From NCBI GenBank assembly GCA_964016885.1, contig OZ024763.1, forward strand, positions 1,116,001 to 1,180,000: 64,000 nt of DNA, written 5' to 3'. Source of the stretch: Eledone cirrhosa. Its lineage: Eukaryota. Below the pieces are notes generated by a model. It was not told where the DNA came from. It did not search any database and was given only the letters and a program-made list of their open reading frames with translations. Shown here piece after piece: positions 1 to 12,800 of this stretch. Position 1 is the stretch's first letter; each line of letters opens with the position of its first letter. Position numbers and translations under genes: made by a program.

Positions 1-172
1 GAGTTCGATTCCTGGACCGGGCGATGCGTTATGTCCTTGAGCAAGACCCCTTATTTCACATTGCTCCTTCTGCCTGGAGTTGGGACCGATAGATAGTATT
101 AGCAATTGGAAAGACCAATGGAAACATGGTTTCCTTGGTCCGATTTGACGGAAGTTGATCGACCACCGACAT
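1..172 (+). mobile_element. tRNA-derived SINE family B (5' end cut by the window edge)
   Basis: B-box GTTCGATTCC and GTCCTTGAGCAAGAC core. Related copies at 6230-6432 (-) and 42620-42830 (+). Confidence 0.75.
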
Positions 173-231
173 ATATACATATATACACACATATATATGT
201 GTGTGTGTATATATGTATATAAGCAAACATA

Positions 232-330
232 AGTCTGATGAGCTTTTGATTCCAGAGTCAGGCCCGATTGATAGGGATCGAGCCTTGAGCTGATGAACTG
301 TGAAACACATGTCGCACCTGAATAAACTTA
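232..330 (+). mobile_element. Penelope-like terminal fragment with CTGATGA...GAAAC motifs
   Basis: Same family at 6455-6640, 12800-13020 and 50440-50700; lies next to TA tracts. Confidence 0.5.
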
Positions 331-741
331 ATGGAAATTTAACACCTTATCCATACTTATTATTAATTAAATATATATATAATTTATTCTTTATCATTAA
401 CATTGATATAAAAAATAAGTTCTCTCACCGTCTAACCCATGCTAGCGTGGAAGATGGACGTTAAACGATGATGATGATGATATGTATATATATATTAGAA
501 AAATTGAGGAAGTTTCATTTACATGTACAAGATATTTGTGTATTGACCTTATAGATTTAAATGAAACTCCCTCGTTTTTTTTCTAATTTATATACTTTGC
601 CTGTGCATAGAGTTCTTGATTTGGTACTAATACCAGTAATTCACTGAATCACCTACACTATATATATATATATATATGTTAAGTATTTCCGTAGAAAAGG
701 TAAAGGAAAGAAGAGTGTTCTATATATAGTACAGAGCTACT

Positions 742-918
742 TAATTATGTAATAATCAACACAATATAATTATTCCATTACACAAGGTTTCACGAAGTCA
801 GACGATACTAACAGAGACGTCTGAAGTCGTTCATCAGAAATAAAGATTCCTTCTGATGAACAAATTCAAATGCTTCTCTTGGGTCATGGAATAGTTATAT
901 TGTGTTGATTATTACATA
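742..918. mobile_element. Inverted-repeat element with hammerhead-like core
   Basis: Arms tatgtaataatcaacacaatataa / ttatattgtgttgattattacata; CTGATGA present on both arms. Confidence 0.55.
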
Positions 919-919
919 T

Positions 920-1132
920 AATAATAAATGTGAAGACTAAAATCTGAAGAGGGCTCGATAAGGATAATATATATAAAAATATATAAGAACCGTAGAGCAA
1001 ATATTTATTAAAATAACAGATTAAAGTTTAAGCAAAGAGTCGCTGCTTTCACCCTTAACGGGATCTTCTGAGTTTCAGAAGATCCCGTTAAGCGATTCTT
1101 TGCTTAAACTTGAATCTGTTATTTTAATAAAT
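920..1132. mobile_element. TA-flanked element ending in a foldback (cagaagatcccgttaag family)
   Basis: Palindrome 1005-1130. Related copies at 7975-8112, 13883-13950 and 50940-51155. Confidence 0.6.
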
Positions 1133-1313
<181 letters not shown>

Positions 1314-1316
1314 TAA

Positions 1317-1663
1317 TGGAACCACATGGCTTAGTGGTTAGAGCATTGGCCTTGCAATCGAAAGGTTGAGAGTTCAATTCTCAGACCGGGTGATGTGTTG
1401 TTTCCTTGAGCAAGACACTTTATTTCACATTGCTCCAGTTTGCTCAGCTGTAGAAATGAGATGATAGGGACTGAGGTCCCTATCATTCCACTGCAAAGTG
1501 GTCGTGGAGGTGCCACAGCAAAAACAAGCACCCAGCACTCACTGTAAATGAGGTTGGTGTTAGGAAGGGCATCCAGCTGTAGAAATCAAGCCAGAATCAG
1601 TTCCCGTCCCACCCTTGCAAGCAGGGAAAAAGCGGACGTGAAATGAAATGATGATGATGATGA
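1317..1663 (+). mobile_element. Full-length tRNA-derived SINE family A with RTE-like 3' end and (ATG)n tail
   Basis: A-box TGGCTTAGTGG, B-box GTTCAATTC. The 3' end cccgtcccacccttgcaagcagggaaaa is shared with the RTE fragment at 18542-18762. Near-identical copies at 6645-6980 and 39806-40153. Confidence 0.9.
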
Positions 1664-1986
1664 TATATATAATGTTAAATAATTAAAGAATAAGACAAGG
1701 TAAAGTAGTTAATTAATCTGTTGTTTCTGAGGATAGACAGCTTTTTCAAGGCTGATGGTGTGGCATTATATAACTGCCATCAATTGGTTTGCAAATCAAT
1801 AATTTTGCCCTCTGAAATGATTGTAATACATTGATGGATAAATTAACAACTTCACTTTGTTTTCTTTCATTGTTTAACATTGTATATCTGTGTATATATA
1901 TCTATCTGTGTGTATATGTGTGTATGTATATGTGTGTGTATATATATGTGTATATATATATATATATATGTGTGTGTGTATGTATA

Positions 1987-2019
<33 letters not shown>

Positions 2020-2059
2020 GCGTGTGTATATCTGTGTATATGTGAGTGTGTATGTATTT

Positions 2060-2150
2060 AGTCTTCCATGGTCTTCCTTTTTCATGACTTCTTTCCACCT
2101 GGAACTCATGATAGTTCTTCACCCAGCAATCGTCATCCATGTTAATCCTG
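2060..2150 (-). mobile_element. RTE LINE 3' coding remnant
   Basis: Translates to MDDDCWVKNYHEFQVERSHEKGRPWKT, similar to the RTE C-terminal GRPRKTW region. Confidence 0.65.
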
Positions 2151-2383
2151 ATCACCACCATCATCATCACCACCATCACCACCACTACCAGCAGCATCAT
2201 CACCATCACCATCAGCATCATCATCACCATCATCACCACCATCACCACCACTACCATCATCATCACCATCAGCATCATCATCAGCATCATCATCACCATC
2301 ATCACCATCATCATTATCACCATCATCATCATCACCACCACCACCATCATTACCATCATCATCACCATTACCACCACCACCAT
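2150..2383. repeat. (CAT/CAC)n trinucleotide tract
   Basis: Directly visible. Confidence 0.95.
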
Positions 2384-2587
2384 ACATCAACACCCTATCA
2401 TAACATAAACACATGCTTTCCTGGAGGATGGGAGGAGGAGGGGAAGATGAGAGGTGGAGGGGGAGGGGAAGAGGGGGAGGATGAGAGGAAGAGGGGGAGG
2501 AGAAGGGATGCAAGAGAGCAGCTGTGTCTACCTCTTATCTCACTTCTTTACAGATGTTCACTGTTGACTTAAATGTAGGAACTGGAA

Positions 2588-3110
2588 GGTGGTGGTAGGG
2601 TAGTGGTGGTAGGGTAGTGGTGGTGGTAGGGTAGTGGTGGTAGGGTGGTGGTTGTGGTGGTAGGGTGGTGGTGGTAGGGTAGTGGTGGTGGTGGTAATAG
2701 TGGTGGTTGTGGTGGTAGGGTGGTGGTGGGGTAGTGGTGATAGCGGTAGTGGTTGTGATGGTAGGGTGGTGGTGGGGTAGTGGTGGTTGTGGTGGTGATA
2801 GTTGTGGTGTTGGTAGGGTGGTGGTGGTCGTAGGGTAGTGGTGATAGTGGTGGTAGGGTGGTTGTGTCGTTGGGGTAGTGGTGATAGTGGTGGTTGTGGT
2901 GGTAGGGTGGTGATGGTTGTGGTAGGGTGGTGGTGGTTGTGGTAGTGGTAGTAGGGGTTATGGTGGTGATGGTAGTAGGGGTTATGGTGGTGGTAGTAGT
3001 AGGGGGTTATGGTGGTGGTAGTAGGGGTTATGATGGTGATGGTAGTAGGGGTTATGGTGGTGGTAGTAGTAGGGGGTTATGGTGGTGGTAGTAGGGGTTA
3101 TGATGGTGAT
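2588..3110. repeat. G-rich (GGT/GTA/AGGG) compound repeat
   Basis: Directly visible. Confidence 0.95.
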
Positions 3111-3369
3111 TCTAAACCCCCACTAAGATCAAGTCTGCCTTTCATCTTTCCAGTGCAGAACTGAGGTCAATATACCCCCTCCCTCCCTCACAAATTGTGC
3201 CTAAATTAGAGATTATTATTACAGAATATGGGGGAGGAGAGACAAACGATAGAACAGCCTGGAGGGCAGAAATCAACAGCTTTACCTTTCATCCTTACAG
3301 GGTTGATAAAATAAATTGTGAGAGAGGAAAGACAAATGAGAGAACAGCCTGGACTGGATTCATTGGATG

Positions 3370-3870
3370 TTTTGTGAGGTCTTACCACATAGTCACACTC
3401 ATCCAGGTGACTGGATGGCTTGTGAGGTCTTACCACATAGTCACAGTCATGCAGGTGACCTGAGTACAGGACATATCATCAGTGTTGTATCCTGGAGTGA
3501 CTGGCTTGTTTGTGAGGTCTTACCACATAGTCACAGTCATGCAGGTGACCTGAGTACAGGACATATCATCAGTGTTGTATCCTGGAGTGACTGGCTTGTT
3601 TGTGAGGTCTTACCACATAGTCACAGTCATGCAGGGGACCTGAGTACAGGACATATCATCAGTGTTGTATCCTGGAGTGACTGGCTTGTTTGTGAGGTCT
3701 TACCACATAGTCACAGTCATGCAGGTGACCTGAGTACAGGACATATTATCTCTGCTGTATCTTGAAGTCACTGGATGTTTTGTGAGGTCTTACCACATAG
3801 TCACAGTCATGCAGGGGACCTGAATAAGAAACACATCATCAGTAGGTGTTTCTGGTCTTACCACATAGTC
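3370..3870. repeat. 90-bp minisatellite, ~5 copies
   Basis: tgtgaggtcttaccacatag recurs at 3421, 3511, 3601, 3691 and 3781. Confidence 0.95.
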
Positions 3871-3923
3871 ACCTTCATGGTCACCAGGCAGAGGAAAACT
3901 GCCAGATATTCCTGACAATAATT

Positions 3924-3967
<44 letters not shown>

Positions 3968-4389
3968 GGTAGTGGTGGTGGTAGTAGTGGTGGTGGTGGT
4001 GGTGGTGGTGGTGGCGGTAGTAGTGGTGCTGGTGGTGGTAGTAGTGGTTGTGGTGGTGGTGGTGGTGGTGTAGTGGCGGTGGTGGTGGTGGTGGTGGTAG
4101 TAGTAGTGGTGGTGGTGGTAGTAGTAGTAGTATTAGTAGTAATAATTTCATTAGTTTAATGAAATCTCTATTATGAAACAATAATCTCCATTGTATAGAA
4201 TGGAGATTAAACATCCTTTTCTCATCAGTACCTCACCCCCCTCTCTCTCTCGCTCTCTCTCTCTCTCCATCTCTCTCCCTCCCTCATCTCTATCTCTCTG
4301 TCCCTCTTTTCCCCTGACCATCACCACATATAATATTCTCTATACCTCATCTGCTTCACATTAGATGTGTGTGTGTGTGTCTGTGTGTT

Positions 4390-5138
4390 TGCATCTGTAT
4401 GTATTTTGGTGTGGTGGTGGTGATGGTGGTGTGATGTGGTGGTTGTGTAGTGTAGTGTGGTGGTGTGGTGGTGTGATGTTGTGTGGTGTGGTGGTGTGGT
4501 GTGGGGGTGGTGGTGTGTAATGGCAGTGTGGTGTGGTGGTGGCGATGGTGGTGTGATGTGGTGGTTGTGTAGTGTGGTGTGGTGATGGTGGTTGTGTAGT
4601 GTAGTGTGGTGGTGTGGTGGTGGTGATGGTGGTGTGATGTGGTGGTTGTGTGGTGTGGTGTGGTGGTGTGGTGTGGGGGTGGTGGTGTGTAATGGCAGTG
4701 CGGTGTGGTGGTGGTGATGGTGGTGTGATGTGGTGATGGTGGTGTGATGTAGTGTGGTGTGGTGATGGTGGTTGTGTGGTGTGGTGATGGTGGTTGTGTA
4801 GTGTGGTGTGGTGGTGGTGATGGTGGTGTGATGTGGTGGTGTGGTGGTGGTGTGTAATGGCAGTGTGGTGTGGTAGTGTGATGATGTGATGTGGTGGTGG
4901 TGTAGTGTGGTGTGGTAGTGTGATGTGGTGGTGATGTTGTGATGTGGTGTAGTATGGTGTGGTAGTGTGATGTGGTGGCAGTGTGGTGTGGTAGTGTGAT
5001 GTGGTGTGGTAGTGTGGTGTGGTAGTGTGATGTGGTGGCAGTGTGGTGTGGTAGTGTGATGTGGTGGTGTAGTGTGGTGTGGTAGTGTGATGTGGTGTGG
5101 TAGTGTGGTGTGGTAGTGTGGTGTGGTGTGGTAGTGTG
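4390..5138. repeat. (GTG/GTGTG/GTGTA) compound repeat
   Basis: Directly visible. Confidence 0.95.
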
Positions 5139-5221
5139 CATGAAATAGAGCAAGGTTTGTTTGGTATATATAGGTGACATGGTAAGCTGGGTGGAGGATT
5201 GAGAGAAGACTAAGATGGTAC

Positions 5222-5254
<33 letters not shown>

Positions 5255-5267
5255 CAGAAAATCATGG

Positions 5268-5299
<32 letters not shown>

Positions 5300-5348
5300 T
5301 TTCTAATATATATATATATATATATAGCCATGATTTGCTGGTGTGTGA

Positions 5349-5390
<42 letters not shown>

Positions 5391-5555
5391 CCATGTTTTG
5401 CTTGTGTATAAATAAATTTTGTTTCTTGTAATACTGCATGTGTTGTTTGTTGATGTTGTTATTGATGTGTGTGTGATTGTTATTGTTGTTGCATAATATA
5501 TACACACCAATATATATACACACATACGTACATATATATATATATATATATATAT

Positions 5556-5693
5556 AAGGTAAACAGAAATAACAACACAGTTGGTACAGTATATGGAAGA
5601 AATATATTAGTTTAACGCTTGATATAGCAGGAAGAGGGTCTTAAAGTTTCAAACACTAGTCCTTCATCAAAAGAAAGAATGAGAAATTAGAAA

Positions 5694-5695
<2 letters not shown>
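5556..5695 (-). mobile_element. TA-flanked Penelope-like terminal fragment (degenerate copy of 19142-19275)
   Basis: Shares aaggtaaacagaaataacaacaca...ccttcatca with the 19142 copy. Confidence 0.6.
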
Positions 5696-5732
<37 letters not shown>

Positions 5733-5799
5733 CACAAGCAAAATATGGCTATATATATATATATACATCTAAAGACATTTTTTCCAATTCCAACCCGCC

Positions 5800-6162
5800 C
5801 ACCCCCTCCTATGTAAAGTTATGTTGGTGCCACACCATCCAGGCCGACGGGGGTGTATTTTGTTAGAGATGCCTACTGGCTGTAGTAGGTTTTACTATGT
5901 ATTTAGGTAAGGCGGGTCTTCTCTATTACTGAGTACCGCCAAAGGTCTCGGTCCAGTGACATTGTCTTGGAGAGGTGTAAGTGTGTGATGTCGGAGTTTA
6001 TCAGCTCGTCCCAAGTTTTTCTAGGTCTGCCTATTCCGTGGCTACCGTCTATCTTTATTGCCCTGCACTTTGTTATACAGCTATCGACTTTCATGCGCAT
6101 CACGTGTCCATACCAACGTAGCCTTCTCTCGAGTAAACAACATCTGATCCCTCTTATTTCTA

Positions 6163-6165
<3 letters not shown>
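5800..6165 (-). mobile_element. RTE LINE 3' fragment
   Basis: ERRLRWYGHVMRM...GRPRKTWDELINSD...DRDLWR, typical RTE-clade C-terminus. Confidence 0.88.
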
Positions 6166-6229
<64 letters not shown>

Positions 6230-6232
<3 letters not shown>

Positions 6233-6432
6233 AACGATCGACTTTCGTCAAATCGGACCGAGGGAACAATGTTTCCGTTGGTCTTTCCAATTGCTAATAC
6301 TATCGGTCCCAACTCCAGGTAGAAGGAGCAATGTGAAATAAAGTGTCTTGCTCAAGGACATAACGCATCGCCTGGTCCAGGAATCGAACTCACAACCTTA
6401 CGATTGCGAATCCAATTCTCTAACCACTCAGC
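6230..6432 (-). mobile_element. tRNA-derived SINE family B
   Basis: Reverse complement of the 1-172 element, including A and B boxes. Confidence 0.8.
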
Positions 6433-6644
6433 CACACACACACACATATATACTATTGAGCTGATCAGTAGCGAAACGCACGTCACCAACCAGTAAACGT
6501 AATGAAGGAGTAACCATTCATCCCTGTTTTATCATATTACACTCTGTCTAGGTCTACACTTCGATACTGACGTGAACCTAAACATCGAGTGCTCACCCGG
6601 GTGAACCCTCAGAAACTCCGCGTTAAACTCCCTGGATATCATTT

Positions 6645-7116
<472 letters not shown>

Positions 7117-7739
7117 AGGGCTGGTAAGATTCTCGTGATCCATGGACGAGTTCCCTCCAGTGGTCGATGTCCCTCATCCAGGGGACCTGAATAAGAAACA
7201 CATCATCAGTAGATGTTTCTGGTCTTACCACATAGTCACCTTCATGGTCACCAGGCAGAGGAAAACTGCCAGATATTCCTGACAATAATTGTAGTAGTAG
7301 TAGTAGTAGTAGTAGTTGTGGTTCTGGTGGTGGTGGTAGTGGCGGTGGTAGTAGTAGTAGTGGTTGTGGTAGCAGAAGTAGTAGTAGTATTAGTAGTAAT
7401 AATTTCATTAGTTTAATGAAATCTCTATTATGAAACAATGATCTTGATTGTATAGAATGGAGATTAAACATCCTTTTCTCATCAGTACCTCACCCCTCTC
7501 TCTCTCTCTCTCTCTCTCTCCTTCCTTCATCCCTTCTCTCTCCCTCTCTCTCTCCCTCATCCCTTCTCTCTCCCTTTCTCTCTCCACCTCTCTCTCTCTT
7601 CATCATCTCCATCTCTCTCTCCTTATTCCCTTTATCTCTCCACCTCTCTTCCTCCTCTCTCTCCTCCATCTGTCTCTCATCTCTCTCTTTCTCTCCCCCC
7701 TCCTCTCAACTATATATATATATATATAAATATATAACG

Positions 7740-7943
7740 AAGGAAATGTGGTAAGGAACCAGGTGGACCATAACGCACCAAAGTACTCAATACTTGGGGT
7801 AGTACAGTGGGTAATAGGAACCAGTAAGACCCCGACGGCTGAGCTCAAGCCGTTTCGACGGCTAATTCTGGACTCAATTAGAATTAGTCCAGAATTAGCC
7901 GTCGAAACGGCTTGAGCTCAGCCATCGGGGTCTTACTGGTTCC

Positions 7944-7945
<2 letters not shown>
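7740..7945. mobile_element. TA-flanked foldback element (gccgtcgaaacggc family)
   Basis: ~60-bp arms, 7816-7878 versus 7886-7945. Related copies at 28388-28572 and 51455-51630. Confidence 0.7.
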
Positions 7946-7974
<29 letters not shown>

Positions 7975-8111
7975 ATAATAATAAATTTGAAGACTAAAAT
8001 CCAAAGAGGGCTCGATAAGGATAAATATATATCAAATATATAAGAACCCTAGAGCAAATATTTATTAAAATAACAGATTAAAGTTTAAGCAAAGAATCGC
8101 TACTTTCACCC

Positions 8112-8312
8112 TTTACGTCTGCTTTTTCTCTGCTTGCAAGGGTGCAACGGGAACTGATTCTGGCTTGATTTCTACAGCTGGATGCCCTTCCTAACACCAA
8201 CCTCATTTACAGTGAGTGCTGGGTGCTTTTTTGCCGTGGCACCTCCACGACCACTTTGCAGTGGAATGATAGGGACCCCAATCCCTATCATCTCATTTCT
8301 ACAGCTGAGTAA
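8112..8312 (-). mobile_element. SINE family A, 3' half
   Basis: Matches 6660-6860. Confidence 0.85.
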
Positions 8313-8344
8313 AATGTAAATGCTAAAGAATTAATAGTTTCAAT

Positions 8345-8648
8345 GGTCCAGCAACAAGAAAACGTTCTTTGACAATAGGCTTCAACGTTTGGTATGAATT
8401 GTTGGCCAGCAAATTTCAGTCTCTGATACACCTTCTGACCAGAGAAATCAGACCATTGCTCTTTGTGCCTCCTTGGTTCCCACTGCTCACACAGCGACCA
8501 TGTTTACACACTAAGAACAACAAGCAATGTGTGCGATCAAGCTCAAACTTCGATCCCGTGACCACGAGAGTACTGACTATAAGCACACACGAGTAAAAGG
8601 TAGAGTGACAGACCATATGTTATGCTAAAAGTGCAGATAATTTTTGAC
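8345..8648 (-). mobile_element. Mariner transposon 5' remnant
   Basis: TIR-like gtcaaaaattatc, then decayed transposase N-terminus TKEAQRAMV*FLWSEGVSETEI (mariner-type EQRxVIRFLWSEGV). Second copy at 19954-20115. Confidence 0.75.
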
Positions 8649-8789
8649 ATGTATATATATATATATATATATGTATATGTATGTGTATATGTATGTATGT
8701 ATATGTATGTATGTATGTATGTATATATATATATGTATATATATATATGTATGTATGTATATATATATATGTATATATATATATGTATG

Positions 8790-8822
<33 letters not shown>

Positions 8823-8905
8823 GTATGTATATGTATGTATATATATATGTATGTATATGTATGTATATATATATGTATGTATATGTATGTATATATATAT
8901 GTATG

Positions 8906-8937
<32 letters not shown>

Positions 8938-9325
8938 TGTATATGTATGTATATATATATATATGTATGTATATGTATGTATATATATATATATGTATGT
9001 ATATGTATGTATATATATATATATGTATGTATATGTATGTATATATATATATATATATGTATGTATATATATATATGTATGTATATATTTGTATATATAT
9101 GTATGTATAAATTTGTATATATATACATATGTATGTATATATATATATGTATGTATATATTTGTATATATATACATATGTATGTATATATATATATATAT
9201 ATATATATACTTATATTTGTGTATATATATATATACTTATATTTGTATATATATATATATATGTATATATTTGTATATATATATATATATACTTATATAT
9301 GTATATATATATATATATATATATA
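8649..9325. repeat. (TA)/(TATG) compound microsatellite
   Basis: Directly visible. Confidence 0.97.
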
Positions 9326-9654
9326 GTTAGATATAGGTTATCTTAAGTAGAGAGAATAATGCCAGCCAATGTTAAGGTATCGGTAATCTGGGTGGGGAAG
9401 GGGGCAGTGATAGTGGGGTGGTGGTGGTGGTAGTCCTAAGTAACATGAAAGCACTAAGACTTTACTTCAAAACCTTGCTACTATTTACAATTTCAGCTGA
9501 AGAAATTCTAGCTACCAAACAACATAATAATAAGTCTTTGAGTTAGAGTTGTCTCTGTTGATTGTATTCTGTTTGGCACCAAACTACATTAAACAGCCCC
9601 CTATTCTCCTCCTATCCCCGGCGGTTCTACTATACAAAGTTTGTTGTTTTGAAA

Positions 9655-10125
9655 TGTTTATATTTATCTAAAAAAATTAAAAAAAGAACAAACTCTCCAT
9701 CATAATTTTATGTAAGAGTCTTTGTTAAGTTATGTTCCGAATACTAGCTTAATGATGTGAAAGTTATTTTACTAAATCCTTGCAAATTGATGATTATTTT
9801 TAAAATTATATGAAACACATAGACAGTGTCTTTCATAAGAAATATTGTAATGAAAGGATTAAAATGTTGATATGTATCTAAACATGCACCACCCCACACC
9901 ACACCACACCACACCACCAACTTCTATCTTAATTTAATGTAAGCACCCTTGTTATGTTCCCAACCTCAATTTAATAATTTTTTTATTATTTTCAAAATTA
10001 TTTGAAAATCATAGACAGTGTCTTTCATTAGAAATGTGATAACGAAAGGGTTAAAGTGTTTATATTTATCTAAAAAACTTTCCATCATAATTTTTATGTA
10101 AGAACCTATCCCTTCAAATTCTTGA
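9655..10125. mobile_element. AT-rich ~200-bp repeat family with AAAGGGTTAA end (piggyBac-like MITE family), tandem partial copies
   Basis: cagtgtctttcattagaaatatggtaatgaaagggttaa recurs at 17690-17930, 24370-27525, 42940-43380, 48980-49225 and 52350-52665. Confidence 0.6.
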
Positions 10126-10129
10126 TTTT

Positions 10130-11085
10130 CTTCTTTGCCCACTTATTCCTGAGAGGGTCGTGGAGGCAGAGTCCTCAAACACTCCTCCTAGTAGGTCCTG
10201 TCAGAAGCAACCATCTCCATTGATCCGGCTGGATCCCCAAGCGAGATCAGCCAAGCTCATGGATGTTATCCAATCATCTTGTTTGGGGTCTACCCCTGGT
10301 CTCCTGCCGGTTGGTTTTGCCCATAAAATCTGTCCAGTGATTCTTTTCTGAGACATTCTAACCACAGTCCATAGTATCAGAGCTGTGATCTCTCAAATCA
10401 GAGAAGTAGCAGCTCTACCTGGAGCAACTCTCTGATCTCCGAGCTACAAATCTGTCCAGTGATTCTTTCCTGAGACATTCTAACCACATGTCCATAGTAT
10501 CAGAGCTGTGATCTCTCAAATCAGAGAAGTAGCAGCTCTACCTGGAGCGACTCTCTGATCTCCGAGCTACAAATCTGTCCAGTGATTCTTTCCTGAGACA
10601 TTCTAACCACAGTCCATAGTATCAGAGCTGTGATCTCTCAAATCAGAGAAGTAGCAGCTCTACTTGGAGCAACTCTCTGATCTCTGAGCTACAAATCTGT
10701 CCAGTGATTCTTTCCTGAGACATTCTAACCACAGTCCATAGTATCAGAGCTGTGATCTCTCAAATCAGAGAAGTAGCAGCTCTACCTGGAGCAACTCTCT
10801 GATCTCTGAGCTACAAATCTGTCCAGTGATTCTTTCCTGAGACATTCTAACCCCATACCCATAGTATCAGAGCTGTGATCTCTCAAATCAGAGAAGTAGC
10901 AGCTCTACCTAGAGTGACTCTCTGATCTCCGAGCTACAAATCTGTCCAGTGATTCTTTCCTGAGACATTCTAACCCTATACCCATAGTATCAGAGCTGTG
11001 ATCTCTCAAATCAGAGAAATAGCAGCTCTACCTGGAGCGACTCTCTGGTCTCCGAGCTATGCACTTTATCGAGTAACGTTACATG
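10130..11085 (-). mobile_element. RTE LINE 3' end with 6 tandem copies of a 122/123-bp internal unit
   Basis: Unit translates as SSEIRESLQVELLLLxxERSQLxYYGxxVRMSQERITGQI; the unique 3' end matches 44160-44360. Confidence 0.85.
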
Positions 11086-11369
11086 ATGACAGAAAATGAT
11101 CTTTGATGTACACTTGATAGGTTTGATGCAAAATTCTTGATTATTTTCAACATTATTTGAAAACCAGGAGCAGTATATGTTATTAGAAGTGTGGTAATGA
11201 AAGGGGTTAAGACAAACAGGTTTTGTATCCTAGAACCAGGGGCTGTTTCAGACAGTTTGGTATCAGAAACATTCAGCTTCTGAAATTCTAGCTTCCAATG
11301 CTGTAACAGTGAAGTCTTTCAGCTAGAGTTGTCTCTGTTGATTTTAATAACAGCAGATTCATAATGGCA

Positions 11370-11620
11370 GCTGTTGCTGCTGCTACTACTACTGTTGCTG
11401 CTGTTGCTGTTATTGCTACAACTGCTGCTACTGTTGTTGCTACTGTTGTTATTGCTACAGCTGCTGTTACTACTGCTGCTGTTGCTGTTGCTATTACTGC
11501 TCCTGTTGCTACTGCTACTTCTTCTTCTTCTTTTTTTCTTCTCATTCTTTTTCTTTTTCTTCTTCTTCTTACCTTCTTTTTTTTTCTTTCTTTTTCTTTC
11601 TTTCTTACCTTCCTTCATTC
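11370..11620. repeat. (CTG/CTA/TTG)n tract followed by a T/C-rich tract
   Basis: Directly visible. Confidence 0.92.
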
Positions 11621-11967
11621 ATTCCCCACCTCCACCCTCACCATCTGGTATTAAGATATACAGATGGAGAGAGAGAGAGAGAGAGAGAGCAATGTTTAGA
11701 ATGAAGGCTGCTTGCCTGCTGAAGGTGTCTGCTTGTCTAAAGTACACCACCCCTACCCCCACACCATCACCAGCCCCATACTGTTGCCCCCCCCCCCCGT
11801 CCCTGCCATATCTCTGCTCTACACTGCTCCGTGCTCTCACTCTCTCAAACCAGTACACAACAACAACAACAACAACAACAGTGTTTGGCTATATTTGTGT
11901 TGTGTGTTGCCGTGGTTATTCTTAGATTATAAGGAATATATAATACGGTGGTGTGTTGTTGATGTTG

Positions 11968-12800
11968 TGCTACATGTGTGGCACCACTGATACCATGTTA
12001 TGTTATGCTACATGTTTTTCCACCACTGGTGCCATGTTATGATATGCTACATGTTTGGCACCGCTGATACTATGCTATGCTACATGTTTGGCACCGCTGA
12101 TACTATGCTATGCTACATGTTTGGCACCACTGATACTATGTTATGCTACATGTTTGGCACCACTGATACTATGCTATGCTACATGTTTGGCACCACTGAT
12201 ACTATGTTATGCTATATGTTTGGCACCACTGACACTATGTTATGCTACATGTTTGACACCACTGATGTCTTGTTGTGCTACATGTTTGGCACCAGCAATA
12301 CAATGTTGCCATGCTACATGTGTGGCACCACTGATACCTTGTTATACTACATGTTTGGCACCACTGATACCTTGTTATACATGTGTGACACCACCGATAC
12401 CATGTTATGCTACATGTGTGACACCACTGATACCATGTTATGCTCCATGTGTGACACCACTGATACCATGTTATGCTCCATGTGCGACACCACTGATACC
12501 TTGTTATGCTACATGTTTGACACCAGCAATACCATGATATGTTATGCTACATGTGTGGCACCACTGGTACCATGTTATGATACATGTGTGGCACCGCTGA
12601 TGCCATGTTATGCTACATGTTTGGCACCACCAATACCATGTTATGTTATGCTACATGTGTGGCACCACCAATACCATGTTATACTACATTTCTGACACCA
12701 GCTATAACATGTTACACTATGCTACATGTTTGGCACCACCAATACCTTGTTACACTATGCTACATGTTTGGCACCACTGATATCTTATGATATGCTACAT
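11968..12800. repeat. ~33-bp minisatellite (gctacatgtttggcaccactgatactatgttat), more than 20 copies
   Basis: 11-aa periodicity in the ORF track; unit visible in the sequence. Confidence 0.93.

Noticed and set aside
1317-1395. tRNA gene
   Set aside because: A and B boxes are present but the cloverleaf is broken and it continues into a multicopy SINE body.
8369-8596. Plus-strand ORF containing TIGFNV and IRPL, resembling an ARF fragment
   Set aside because: Intervening residues do not match ARF, and the opposite strand is a mariner remnant; coincidence.
12000-12695. Cys-rich 231-aa repeat protein ORF
   Set aside because: Product of a 33-bp minisatellite, open in more than one frame, with no splice or signal evidence.
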